Positions 26,762 to 40,091 of a stretch of 64,000 nt of DNA are shown here, piece by piece. The stretch's first letter is position 1; the number at the start of each line of letters is the position of its first letter. The stretch spans positions 66,154,001 through 66,218,000 of the forward strand of contig OX597833.1 of NCBI GenBank assembly GCA_951406725.2, in the 5' to 3' direction. The DNA is from Octopus vulgaris. Lineage: Eukaryota. The translations under genes were made by a program, and so were the position numbers. Below the pieces are notes generated by a model. It was given only the letters and a program-made list of their open reading frames with translations. It had not been told where the DNA came from and did not search any database.

Positions 26762-29700
26762 TTACTTATGGCAATGATCAAGGTGACGAGCTAAGTCCAT
26801 GGGTTGCGAAAATGACTGGCCACAGCATTCGAATGAAAATATGGAACGTCCCAGGCCATCTTCATTCTCGACTAATGTGCACCTCAGAGGACGGCGCCTC
26901 GTTATAGCCCAGTCCTTCGCCTTGTCGTCCGGTGGGTCCTGCAGAAGTGCATTGGCAACGGACAACTTTGAGTCTTCTTCGGTAACCGGGACCGCAGGGG
27001 GGATCAAGGAGAGGGGGTCAGACATGGAAATATTCCCGGTCACATCGCTGATTCTCAGTCCGTACTGGTTGTCGGGCTGCTCCCCGCAGAAGGTGTCGGG
27101 CGCCGGGGACACGTGTTCCATCTTGACGCTCACCAACGAATACGACGGGACTTCCATCTTGGATTTCGGTTCTACCATCGGCATCGTGTACAGCAAGGTT
27201 CCTTTCTCGTAGAAGTTTGGTTGCATGGCCTCGCAGCACGTGTGGGCCTGCTCCCGCGCCAGGGGTATCATTGCCCCGCCGGATGGATATTCGCCAGGGA
27301 CCAAGCTTCTTTTGAAATCATAGTCACTCTTCATATTTGGCATTATGGTAGGTAACACCGGAACCGTTGAAGCAGATGGGGGTCTAACAGAAACAGCAGC
27401 TGAGGGATATGGCAACGGCGTCGATATTGGTAAGGTGGCTGTTGTGGCAGTCATTGTCATTTGTGGCGGTGTTGTTAATGTTGTTATTGGTATCGCTGCT
27501 ACTGCTGGTGTTGTTGGCGGCATTGGGGTCATCATCCCGATAGGACAGGATGTCGGGATCAAAGCAAGGTTGAGCGGCGGAACGGTAGCAACAATTGGCC
27601 GCTCCAAGAGTTTCGTCAGTTGGATCGGTTCCGTTCGCATATCAAACACTTCGGATTTCTTCGGCAAACCACCACCACCACCACCACCGGGCTTATGACT
27701 CTCTTCCTCCACGGACACTTCCGGAAAGGATGGCGTGTCGTATTTGAAATGGATCAAGTTCTTAAGGATCTCGTCGCGACGTGACATTACACTGGCTGCA
27801 GCAGGTTTCTCATCGTGAAGAGGTTCTTGCTGCAGACAAGAATAATCTTTCTGGGGGTCAGGTAGGGTTACCAGTACCTTACTCACATCGGGATCCACTT
27901 TGGGCAAGATGCTAACAGGTCTCCTTAATTTCGGTGGATCGGGCAGCAGTAGTCCTCGGTCAGCAGCCGCCATTTTAAGAAGACCATAAGATGAATTCGA
28001 CATTGGTCGATTCTTCTTAGGAGGAGACGGCGGCACTTTACGAACTTTCGCCGTCTTTGGAATCACCGTGTGTTTTTTGAGCACCTTCTGACCGAGAAGT
28101 TTCTCTTGATCGTGTTTCTCCTTACTTTGCGAAGACGTACTGAACCGAAGTTTCAAGAAGTTCTTCAAAACGTGCTTCCTGTCCACTTTCATGTCCTCTT
28201 CAACGCTGCCGCTATTAGAATTCTCATCTTTGGGCTCCACTTTCTTGCTACATCTCAAAGACTTCTTAGACTTCGATCCAGGAGCGGTTTCTGACAATTT
28301 CCGCTTTCTGCTATTGTTGTTGTTGCTGTTGTTGTTGTTGTTGTTGCCCTTCTCTTTCTTCTCTTCCTCACATTTTTCTGCCGCGGGTTTTTTCTCTCTC
28401 GTAGTAGCATTTTGATTATTAAGCTGATCAGATTTATCACAAGACAAAGGTTTGGATGATGACGTGGACGCAGCAGACGACGATGACGACGATAACGATG
28501 ATAACGAAGATGACAACGAAGATGATGACGAGGAAGATGACGACAGAGATGATGACGGTAACGAGTGTCGAGTATTTGACGATGCTGTCTGTGGAGATGA
28601 TACACGTGGAACAGTTGTGGAAGATGAGGGATTCTGAAGTTTGTCCTTGGACTTTCCAGGACTCTCGGACAAAGACGAAATGAAGTCATCACAGAAATAT
28701 TTTACAGGTTTCTTACACTTCCGCTTGGGCAGCGAACGGACACGCTCTAAAATTTTCAATTGTTCTTTGGGAGTGACTGTCGACTGATTGTCGAGTGAAG
28801 GGTCATGGTTTCCACCAACGTTGGTCTTAACGGTCACTCCTTCTGTTGATGTGAAACTATGATCTTCCCCTTGACCACCGAGACCGTCCTTGGACACTTG
28901 TAGCAATTGGTCATTCTTACTATCGGTAAACGCTGTTGTTTCACCCGACCGCACATCATGCTGCTGTCGTTCACTCTTTTCTAACAACTTGCCGTTATTA
29001 TCGCTTTTACAGGCTCCAAAAATCGAGCTAATCTTCAAGTCATGTAAAGACAGTTTGGATGCCGGGATCACACCCTTAACATCATCCTCATCATCACCAT
29101 CTTCTTTGTGCCAGCAGTTTTTATTTTGGCCACTACCAGAACTTTCTACTAGTTTTTCTCTCTGATGACTGGGAGAATATATCACAGCAGTACTAAGTTT
29201 GCTAGAATCGGCAGCAGTAGCAACGGTAGATCCCACCTTAATTGGTTGTCCACTGACATAGTCACCATCAACGGTCACACATTGCCTGATGGTACGAGGC
29301 AACTTAATGAGGTTGCCGTCCGTCTCGGAGCCATTGCTCATCTTCCCATCAGGCAATGCGTTCGGAAGAAATATGACCCTTTCTTGTTCGTGGAACTCCT
29401 GAGATTCAATAATTTCTGAGACCGGCGTCTGGCATTCGAGCATTTCCTCTTCAGCCTCCCCACCCAACTCTTTTACATTCAGATCTTTGTTCAACACCTG
29501 AATGTCTTTGAGTTCTTTCTCCAACTCTTCTTCTTCCTCTTCTTCATCTTCGTCTTCCGTCAGTGGTGCCTTGCTTTCTTTTCTCTTTCTGTTATCCTTC
29601 CTTTCACAACACAGTTCCCCATCTTCGCCACTCTGACCCTTCGGCTCCATCGCCCAATGTGGCTTCTCCCTTTTGCTCCCTTCATCACCACTTTGCGTTT

Positions 29701-31302
29701 TCACTTCCTTATCTTTCAGCTTAACTCTGGAACTCGTCCGATCAACTCCCACACCTTCGGCGGCACCTTCAACAGCCACTCTCGGCTCCTCTTCTTTTAC
29801 CAAAACAACACTTCCAGCATCCACCTTCTTCATCTCCTTAACTGGGGCTTTCTTCACCTTGCCCTCATTGTCAGTCACATCAACATTCACAGCCTTATTA
29901 TCTTCATCCGCAATCACCACAGCCATTGATTGGTTATTACCTGACCTTCCCTTCGTTTCTGAGTGTTCAATACCAATGTCTTTCTTCTCCCTCTTCTTTC
30001 CATCTTCCGCAGGGAGAGCCACCACACCTGGCAGGATACCAGATGCAACACTACCCAATTCTACTTTCACCTCTGGCTCCTTTTCATCAGCTCCTACACC
30101 AATTGATTCTTTAACAAACTTTTTTTCCAAAGGTAACACATTCAAATGCTCTTTGGCCCTTCTGCTATCTTTGCAATCACCATGCAATTCACCCGTTTTA
30201 GCACTGAGTTTAGAAACTGAACATGCTGAAGATGAGCCGTTTCCTACATCGTCTTCGGATTTTATTATCTGAGTTTTCGTAACCTCATCGTCTAAATCCT
30301 TCTCGATCTTCACAGAGTTCTGAGACACTGCCTTCTTGGAACCTGAGCTCAAATCTTGACAGGTATTCTTTTCATCCACATCGGCGGCCTGTAACTGATT
30401 TGAACATTCAGACTTCGTGGTAGGTTTCTGAGGGAGAGAAGTTACAACTTTATCTGTGGCCCCAAGAAGAGGAGATTTTGAGTTCAACACTTTGGCGGCA
30501 GGTTTTTCGACTTTCACTGCCACACCATAAACAAAGACAGGTTTGTTATCAATACTAGAAGAATCATTCCTCTTGGAACCATCAACAGAGAGAGCGGAAA
30601 GTGGTTTATCTGTGACTAGCATCAACATGTTCTCCTTGCTTGCTGCTGGCGACATTTTCAAACTAGATGGTGAGTCTTTTGATGAAGAATTTTCCTTGGC
30701 AACTGAAGAAGAAGCAGATAGAAGTTTCTCTGCTACTGTCGCAGACGGTTTCCTCTTACTTGCTGCTGGTGATATCAGACCGTTCATTAAATCCGTTGAT
30801 GATGAAGAAGTTTTTCTGCCAACATCGTTATCACCACCACCACTACTAATACTACTACTACCGCTACAATCAGAGGCATCGGTAGAAAACTGTTTAATGC
30901 CATCAGGCTGTTGTTGGCGTACGCTGACCACACCAGCTTTACCATTATCAACTTCCACGGAATCTGATGAGAATTGTTTCCTCTGGGATGCATTCTTCAG
31001 CTGCTTGCTACATCCCGTTTGCTCTGGTTTTGCACCATACTGTCGGCATTGTTCCGGTTGTGGAGGCTGAGATTTCATCACGTTTACAGACCTCGTTTTA
31101 GATTCGGAGACAGATTTAGATTTGGTTCCGTGAGCGAAGAAGCATTTGTGTTTGGCGAGGGTTTTGCTCCGACTGTAACAATGGCAGCAACTGGAGCACT
31201 GGAACAATCTCTTCTCATTCTGATGTCGACGGCTGTGCACACGGAGATTACACAGATACAGGAACTTTTTAAGACAAGCGGAACACTGAAACTGTCGTTT
31301 CC
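26762..31302 (-). CDS. Coding exon 2 (terminal) of the same zinc-finger protein; spliced product ~3,326 aa
   Basis: Polypyrimidine tract plus TTTCTAG| acceptor at 31303/31302, phase 1, matching the upstream donor. The join gives HTTG-KRQFQC (TGEKPF-like linker), then FQCSACLKKFLYLCNLRVHSRRH and FQCSSCCHCYSRSKTLAKHKC. A degenerate finger FECCGQSFSQPMDLARHLDHCH precedes the TAA at 26764-26762. Confidence 0.9.
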
Positions 31303-31435
31303 CTAGAAACAGAAAGAAAAAAAACAAAAAAAAACACATTAGCAAAAACATAAAACTTAAGAAATACAACAAAAATAAATCAACAATTAATTATCTGTTT
31401 TTAACGATTTAGCTTTCAGATTCTTCTATCAAATA

Positions 31436-32063
31436 CTAGCAGTATTGCCTGGTGTTGATTGGGTTTGTATCGACCCTTTAGAATTGGAATTTTTGAAAAG
31501 TAAAAATTTTGCATTATGTAGCTTGTTATTCTCTTTAAGTGAACATTTTTCTGGTTGAAATACACCGAAAAATGGCGACACAGCAGTAAAAAAACCGTAA
31601 AAAATAGGGATTTTCATAGAAAAAAAGCACCTTATTGAGGTAAATAATTTTTGGTGTTAACATGGTCCGATTTGAATTTTTTTCTTCTACGGAAGGAAGA
31701 GCAAGCCTTCTTCTATCATACTCTCAATTTTGGTCAACTTGCGCCACAGGGTCTCGGAGGAGATAGTGTTAGTTGAAGACTACCAAACCTGCCACACACA
31801 GACAACTTCAGCTTTATATATATAGTAAAAAAATAGGGATTTTCATAGAAAAAAAAGCACCTCTTTGATGTAAGTAATTTTTGGTGTAATATGGTCTGAT
31901 TTGAGTTTTTTCTTCTACGGAATGAAGAGCAAGCCTTCTTCTATCAAACTCTCAATTTTGGTCAACTTGCGCTGCAGGGTCTTGGAGGAGATAGTGTCAG
32001 TTGAAGGTTACCAAACCTGCCACACGCAGAGGCAACTTCAGCTTTACAGCTTTATATATAAGA
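31436..32063 (-). mobile_element. Second copy of the same Helitron, opposite orientation, also internally duplicated
   Basis: High similarity to the reverse complement of 37583-38342, with the same TC...CTAG ends at an AT target. Confidence 0.75.
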
Positions 32064-32518
32064 TAATGCTTATATATTTACATCATTTTCAATTACTCAT
32101 ACATGCTTTCATAGCTTTATAATTTCAGTGATGTGACTCTTTACTTTAGGAATGATATTGTAGGGTATGTGTAAGAGGCCAGATCCAGCTGATTTGAACA
32201 TACATCGCGAAGAATCTTGGGGCTGGATACGGCTGATTTAAATGCTGAAGGGTTAACGAATAAACTGTAATTGATGGCATTTGTAATAAGAGACACATTT
32301 CTTTGAGTCCTATACACAAAGCTGGACCAATATTACATGCTTTCCACAATTCTTTCTCAGCTAAATCCTTGTCAATTTATTTACAATCGTGTACAAATTA
32401 TTCATCAAAATAAACAAACACTTATTCTATCGGTCTCTTTTGCCAAACCACTAAGTTATGGGGAAGTAAACACATCAGCATCAGTTTTCAAGCAATGGTT
32501 GGGGACAAACAGACACAA

Positions 32519-32581
<63 letters not shown>

Positions 32582-33893
32582 TACGACGGGCTTCTTTCAG
32601 TTTCCGACTACCAGATCCACTCATATGGCTTTGGTCAGCCCAAGGCTATAGTAGAAGACACTTGCCCAAGGTGCCATGCAGTGGGACTGAACCCGGAACC
32701 ATGTGGTTGGGAAGCAAGCTTCTTACCACACAGCCATGCCTGCACCTGTATAAGTGTGGAAGAACATTCTGGAACACCCAGGATTGGTTCCTTAGAGACA
32801 GCAGCACACCATAAACAAGACAGAAGAACCGCAAAAGGTGGATGGATTGGCAAGAATTAAATACAACTTCAAAATAGTGGTGGCTGTGTAGGTAAGAGGT
32901 TTGCTTTCCAACCACGTGGTTTCAGGTTCTGTCCCAGTGTGTGGCACCTTGGGCAGGTGTCTTCCTTCTACTTTAGCCTTGGGCCAGATAAGGCCTTGTG
33001 AGTGCATTTAGTACAAGGAAATCGAAAGAAGCCTGTTGTGCATGTTTGCGCCCGTGTGTGTATGTCTGTGTCTTTATGTGTGCTTGCCCCTAATCCCCAT
33101 GTGACAACCAGTGTTAGTTTGTTTACGTCCCTGTAACTTAGCGGTTCAGCAAATGATTTCAATGAAATAAGTAACAGGCTTTCCAAAAGACAAAAAAAAT
33201 AAGCAATGGTTTCAATTTGTTTGACTAAAACTCAAGGCGATTGCCCCTGCATGGCCACAGTACAATGACAAATGTATGTATGTATGTATGTATGTATGTA
33301 TGTATGTATGTATATATGTATGTGTGTGAACAATTTATATACATTATTTGTATGTCCCCAATATGATCAAAGATATATGAATTGAAATAGAGAATAAAAC
33401 TCATTTCCAGAGGAAATTGACAAGAGAAGATTATTTTAAAAGAAAAAATTGGTAGATTTGTGAAGAAATGGAATAAAATGTACCTTTCTTTGGGATTGGA
33501 TTGAATTTTTGGGTTTTCTTTTTAAGTAATGAAGTTTCTTTGAGATGGAAACATATTTTTAAATATTTGTTGTTGAACAGAGATGAGAGAAAAAAGGGGG
33601 AAAAATAGATATTTAAGGAATATTTTGAAGGATTTTTTTCTTTTGAACTTCGTGTAAAAACTTTTGTGTGTGTGTGTGACAGTCTTTATGTGTGTGTGTG
33701 TGTGTGGATGTATGAGTGTGTCAGTATGTGTGTGTGTGTGTCTGCATGTATGTATGTATGTATGTGTATATGCGTCTGTGTGAGTGTGTGTGCGTTAAAA
33801 TTTTTTCTCAAAAGAATAAGAGTGCATCGGATATGGGAGGCAACTCTTGCGAAAGTTCTACACAAATATTTTCCCTTTAACTAACTTTGGCAA

Positions 33894-34600
33894 GAGATAT
33901 GGAGAGAGGAGGGAGAAGGGAGAGGGAAGGAACGGGACAATGGAGTGATAGAGAGGAAAGATATGAGGAAAAGGCAGAGGAGATGCGAAAAAAAAGGATA
34001 AGGAAAATATGGAAGGAGAGAGAAATGAGGAATGAAGGATGAGAGGAGGGAAGAGGGAATGATGAAAAGACGAAGGAGGAGGGAGAGAGGAACGACACAT
34101 TGGAGTGATAGAGGAAAGATATGAGAAGAAGGCAGAGGAGAGACGGGTAAAAAAAAGACGTAAGGAAAACATGGAAGGAGAGAAAAATGAGGGGAGAAGG
34201 ATGGGAGGAGGAATGATGAAAAGACGGAGGTGGAGAGAGAGAGACGAGGACAGGAAGAGAAGAGAGACAGAGGAACGAGTGAGGAAAGATATGAGGAGAA
34301 GGCAGAGGGAAGACGGGTAAAAAAGACACATAAGGAAAATATGGAAGGAGAGAGTAATAAGGATTGAACGATGAGAGGAGGGAAAAGGGAGAGAGAGAGA
34401 GGAACAGAACAAGGGAGTGATAGAGAGGAAAGATGTGAGGAGGAGGCAGAGGGGAGACAGGTAAAAAAATCAAGGAAAACATGGAAGGAGAGAGAAATGA
34501 GTGAAGGATGAGAGGAGGGAAGAGGGAATGATGAAAAGACGAAGGAGGCGGGAGAGAGACGAGAACAGGGAGAGGGAAGAGGGGAGTGGTGGAGAGAGAG
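33894..34600. repeat. Purine-rich minisatellite, about four diverged 140-170-bp units
   Basis: GGAAAGAT(A/G)TGAG...AGGCAGAGG...GGAAAA(T/C)ATGGAAGGAGAG recurs four times. Confidence 0.8.
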
Positions 34601-35209
34601 GATCGTTTATTTGAAGCTAAAAAATGGTTCTTTCCGTTATTCCTCAGTTTTACAATTATTTTATGTTTCTTTCTTTCAAAGAAATTATTACGAATATTTT
34701 TGAATATGTGTGTGCGCGCGTGCGTGTGTCCCTGTCATGCTCTTCATACTTTCGGCAAATCCGATGATGATTCATTCACTCCGTCGCCGACCGACCTTCA
34801 ACTGCGGAACAGAACGGAAGTGACGACATAGAGAATAGAAGCGTTTCGGACGACACAATAAATAAATAAATAAATAAATGTGCGCGCGTGCGGAGGTGTG
34901 TGTGTGCATGTTGCGTGTGCGTGTTGCGTGTGTGTGTGTGTGTGTGTGGTGTTGGTTAATCCCTCGTAGTCCGGGGGTTTATTCTCGTTGAATAAACCTG
35001 CACGAACGATTCGTTTATAGTGATCAGATAAGGTGCAGGGACTGGCTGTGTGGTGGTGAGTAGCTTGCTTACCAACCACATGGCTCCGGGTTCAGTCCCA
35101 CAGAGTGGCACCTTGGGCAAGTGTCTTCTACTACAGCCTCGGGCCGACCAAAGCCTTTGTGAGTGGATTTGGTAGACGGAAACTGAAAGAAGCCCGTCGT
35201 ATATATGTG

Positions 35210-35244
<35 letters not shown>

Positions 35245-35789
35245 CTGTGTGTCTGCGTTTGTTCCCCCAACATCGCTTGAAAACCGATGCTTGTGTGTTT
35301 ACGTCTCCGTAACTTAGCAGTTCGGCAAAAGAGAGACCGATACAATAAGTACTAGGCTTACAAAGAATAAGTCCTGGGGTCGATTTGCTCGACTAAAAGC
35401 AGTGCTCCAGCGTGGCCGCAGCCAAACGACTGAAACAAGTAAAGACTAAATAGTAAAAGTGTGCTGCCCTTTAGCTCACACCCTCCATCAAATCGACATA
35501 GTCTGAACAGGGGTACGGTGCACCCCTATGTTATCCCACCCGGTCTACTAAGTCCTCCGCTCGCCGACATGCCGCCGCCGCACACAGTGCACGGGTCCCA
35601 AGTGCCCAAGTGATCACGGAAGCAACGAGGGACAAAGTGTTTTATGGCCAACCCTATCTGGGCATTGAGGCAACGCGATCTCGTGATCGTAAGAGCAACG
35701 CCCTCACCACGGGGCTATATGCGCCTTTCACATATGGTGTGTGGAAAAAAAAAGTTTGCTGGCAAACCACAGAGTTCCAATTTCAGTTT

Positions 35790-36183
35790 CAATGTCCATT
35801 GGCTTTTGTGCCGGTGGCACATAAAAAGCACCATCCAAACGTGGCCGATGCCAGCGCCGCCTCGACTGGCTTCTGTGCTGGTGGCACATAAAAAGCACCA
35901 TCCGAACATGGCCGATGCCAGCATCGCTTAGACTGGCTTCTGTGCCGGTGGCACATAAAAAGCACCATCCGAATGTGGCCAATGCCAGACCCCCCCTGGT
36001 ACCTGTGCAGGTGGCACGTAAAAAGCACCCACTACACTCACGGGGTGGTTGGCGTCAGGAAGGGCATCCAGCTGTAGAAACACTGCCAGATCAGACTGGA
36101 GCCTGGTGCAGCCCCTGGCTTCCCAGACCCCGGTCGAACCGTGCTAGCGCGGAAAACGGACGTTAAACGATGATGATGATGAT
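35790..36183 (+). mobile_element. SINE family C with ~60-bp internal tandem repeats and an RTE-like tail ending (GAT)n; representative copy
   Basis: Three to four GGTGGCAC(A/G)TAAAAAGCACC units, then GGCGTCAGGAAGGGCATCCAGC...GACGTTAAACGATGATGAT. Related copies at 24565-24733, 24777-25060(-), 46796-46933(-), 57540-57705(-), 59475-59808(-), 61420-61703. Confidence 0.75.
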
Positions 36184-37582
36184 AATTTGTCATTTATAAC
36201 ATTAGAAGTATCAATATAATTCTACTTATATTTTCGAACACAGATCGTGTCGTATAACCAGCTGAAGACGATGTCTCCTGGGGCTAAATTACAGCAACAT
36301 TCGTCCTAAACCAGGACTGCCATTTTAGGATCGCAAACAATCTTTACTCCAAAGTACTGTTGCTGAATATCTCTCGTTGTGAGATTTAAAACTAGTAATT
36401 TTCTGAAAGAAGTGTATTGAACAAGAGGAAAACACTTCCTTTTTTCGGCAGAGAAAATACCTTTTTCTGACAAAGTATTTATTTTTACATTCAAATGGAA
36501 ATGAAATGAAAAAGTGCTGAAACCAAAAATATCAATTAAAAATTTCTTATACTTGTTATTCCCTGTCTTGCCCTAATAATCCCTATATGTGCAAGTCTGG
36601 CTATTTCCATTTGAGGTTAATTGTAAGGGTTCCCTAGTACAGTTTTTGTGGAAGATGCTTAACAGCTCTGGGATTGGTAGGAAGCTAGAAGGCAGCACTT
36701 ACTCAAAGGTTGGGGATGGCAACAGAAGGAACATTTTTTGGGGGGTTCTGGAATGAGCCGGAGGAGGAGTTGAACTGGAAGCTAGGGGAAAGTTAGCAGT
36801 GATTGTCCATCACTATTGACCTACACACCAAAGGATGTTGTAGTTTCGGGTCAAAACACCAGAAAAGATAAGGTGGACAATACCTGACAATTCGTCTGGC
36901 TGAAAGTTTATAAATATGAGTGAATCTGTTGAGATCTTTAGTATCTAAAAGTTTGTCCAGGGAGTTGAATAACTTAGGAAGGAACGTTTGTTTTCTTTCC
37001 CCTCATTCAGGCTACATTATTGAAATTACTCAATTAGTAATCTACTGCCATTTGTAGAATTATATTGTTACTTCTAATGTTATAAATGACCAGCAAGGCA
37101 CCCGATTCTGTCCCCCGACCCTATCATATTTCAACCTTACATTGCCTGACACAAAGCCATTTCTCTCAATACTTCAATCGAGAGGGCCTTTGTCTCGTAA
37201 ATTACTTGGGGTGACCTCACAGGTGCTGGTGCCACGTAAAAAGCACCCAGTACGCACTCTGTAAAGTGGTCGGCGTTAGGAAGAACATCCAGCCACAGAC
37301 AACACCTGGCCAAAGCAGATATTGGTGTTAGGGACGGTCCTCTGGATTGCCAACTCCTAACAAACCATCGAATCTATGCCATCTAAATGGTGATGATGAT
37401 CATGATCTCCCTCAAATGACACATTGGCCAAAAAAGACAAGGATAGTCAAGGCCAAAGGACTTTAAAATCAGGATTCTTAAATTCTTATTGGCTCCAGTT
37501 CGCGGTAGTGAGTATAAAGGAGAACTATGAGTAGCCTCCCTTGTATCACAATCCAAAGACTATCACAAGATGAATTCCGAAA

Positions 37583-38342
37583 TCTGTCTCTATATAAAGC
37601 TGAAGTTGTCTGTGTATGGCAGGTTTGGTAGCCTTCAACTAACACTATCTCCCCCCAAGACCCTGCAGCACAAGTTGACCAAAATTGACAGTATCGTAGA
37701 AGAAGGCTTGCTCTTCCTTCCATAGAAGAAAAATTCAAATCGGACCATGTTAACACCAAAAATTATTTACATCAAAAAGGTGCTTTTTTTCTATGAAAAT
37801 CCTTTTTTTTTTTTGATATTTTTTACTGCTGTGTCGTCATTTTTCGGTGTATTTCAACCAGAAAAATGTTCACTTAAAGAGAATAACAAGCTACATAATG
37901 CAAAATTATGCATATATAAAATTATGTATATATAATTATGTATATATGTATATATAAAATTATGTGTATATATGTATATATAAAGCTGAAGTTGTCTGTG
38001 TGTGTGGCAGGTTTGGTAGCCTTCAACTAACACTATCTCCTCCAAGACCCTGCGGCGCAAGTTGACCAAAATTGAGAGTAGGATAGAAGAAGGCTTGCTC
38101 TTCATTCCATAGAAGAAAATATTCAAATCGGACCATGTTAACACCAAAAATTACTTACATCAAAAAGGTGCTTTTTTTCTATGAAAATCCCTATTTTTTT
38201 ACGATTTTTTGACTGCTATGTCGCCATTTTTCGGTGTATTTCAAGAGAATAACAAGCTACATAATGCAAAATTTTTACTTTTCAAAAATTCCAATTCTAA
38301 AGGGTCGAAACAAACCCAAGCAACGCCGGGCGATCCTGCTAG
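37583..38342 (+). mobile_element. Non-autonomous Helitron with internal tandem duplication
   Basis: A|TC start, subterminal imperfect hairpin CCCAAGCAACGCCGGG, CTAG|T end. Two units at ~37588-37906 and ~37975-38342. Confidence 0.75.
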
Positions 38343-40091
38343 TATAATTATATTGAGAGAGAGTTATTATTGTAGCAATTATGTGTTCCATAGATATTTC
38401 CATAACAGCAATGCCAAATGAATAAGGCATAAGAAATGGCCCTACACACACACAAACAGCATGGCTGTGTGGTTGGGAAGTGAACTTTCCAAGCAAACGG
38501 TTCCAGGTTCAGTCCCAGTGCATGACACTTTGACCAAGTGTTTTTTTGGTTTTTTTTATCCTTAAGCTGACCAAAAGCTTTACGAGTGAATTTGAGAGAT
38601 GGAAACTGAAAGAAGCCTCTGACGAGTGCGGGTGTGCAGGTTTCAAAGTTTGCTTTCATGTTGAGTAACATAGAAACAACAATTTAACATTAAACAGGAT
38701 TGCTCAATACTTTTAACAGAATGCAAGTTTGATAACATTTACAAAGGTTGACTGTAACTTCGAAGTCACTATTCAACCATTTTTTTTTTTTTGTAAAAGT
38801 TTATAGTGGCTGTGTGGTAAGTAGCTTGCTTCCCAACCACATGGTTCCGGGTTCACTCCCACTGCATGGCACCATGGACAAGTGTCTTCTACTATAGCCT
38901 CGGGCCGACCAAAGCCTTGTGAGTGGATTTGGTAGACGGAAACTGAAAGAAGCCTGTCGTATATATGTATATACATATATGTGTGTGTATATGTTTGTGT
39001 GTCTGTGTTTGTCCCCGCAACATCGCTTGACAACCAATGCTGGTGTGTTTACGTCCCCGTCACTTAGTGGTTCGGCAAAAGAGACCGATAGAATAAGTAC
39101 TAGGCTTACAAAGAATAAGTCCAGGGGTCGATTTGCTCGACTAAAGGCGGTGCTCCAGCATGGCCATAGCCAAATGACTGAAACAAGTAAAAGAGCAAAG
39201 AGTAAAAGAGAGTACACACATACACTAACCCTCATCATTTGACATCCCTTTTTTTTTTCTTTTTTGGTCTTGCAGAGTACTTGGTGACCCTGTCAGTGCA
39301 GGTGCCACTTAAAAGCACCCAGTCTACACTGTAAAATGGTTGGCGTTTGGAAGGGCATTCAGCTGTAAAAACCTTGCCAAAACTGACCTCGCGGGTGCTT
39401 GTGCCCACACAGACAACACTTGACCAGCTAGAAACAGCAGCCAAATTACCCTAATATCACAGCTCCTTGTCTTAAAAAAAAGATGGCCACATTGAATAGT
39501 ATCTGCAAGTCTTAGATACCACAGTCAGAAAGCAAAAAAAAAAAACCGATGTGAGGGTCATGGATGGAATGTCGTTGACCAATAGCCCTGTTCAGTATGG
39601 GCTCACCTTGATCTAAATGACAAGACCACTGGAATATTAAAAACATAAATACATAAAGAGAACAAAGATGAGATACGAAAAATAGGCGCAGGAGTGGCTG
39701 TGTGGTAAGTAACTTACTTACCAACCACATGGTTCCAGGTTCAGTCCCACTGTGTGGCACTTTGGGTAAGTGTCTTCTATTATGGCCTTGGGCTGACCAA
39801 AGCTTTGTGAGTGGATTTGGTAGATGGAAACAGAAAGAAGCCCATACGTTTGTGTGTGTGCGTGTTTGTCCCCCTACCATTGCTTGACAACCAATGCTGG
39901 TTTGTTTACGTCCTCCTAATTTAGCAGTTCAGCGAAAGGGGCCGATAGAATAAGTACTAGGCTAACAAAGTATAAGTCCTGGGGGGTCGATGTGTTCGAT
40001 CCAACTAAAGGCGGTGCGCTCCAGCATGGCCGCGGTCAAATGGCTGAAATAAACAATAAACGAATATAAAAAGAGATATAATTTAATTTAC

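Larger units (their letters stand above)
31303..40091 (-). other. 8.8-kb GT-AG intron of the zinc-finger gene
   Basis: Canonical phase-compatible donor and acceptor; repeat-filled. Small internal exons cannot be excluded. Confidence 0.8.

Noticed and set aside
31303-31372. Hydrophobic N-terminus (MLYFLSFMFLL...) of the 1536-aa ORF as a signal peptide
   Set aside because: It is the translated polypyrimidine tract upstream of the splice acceptor.
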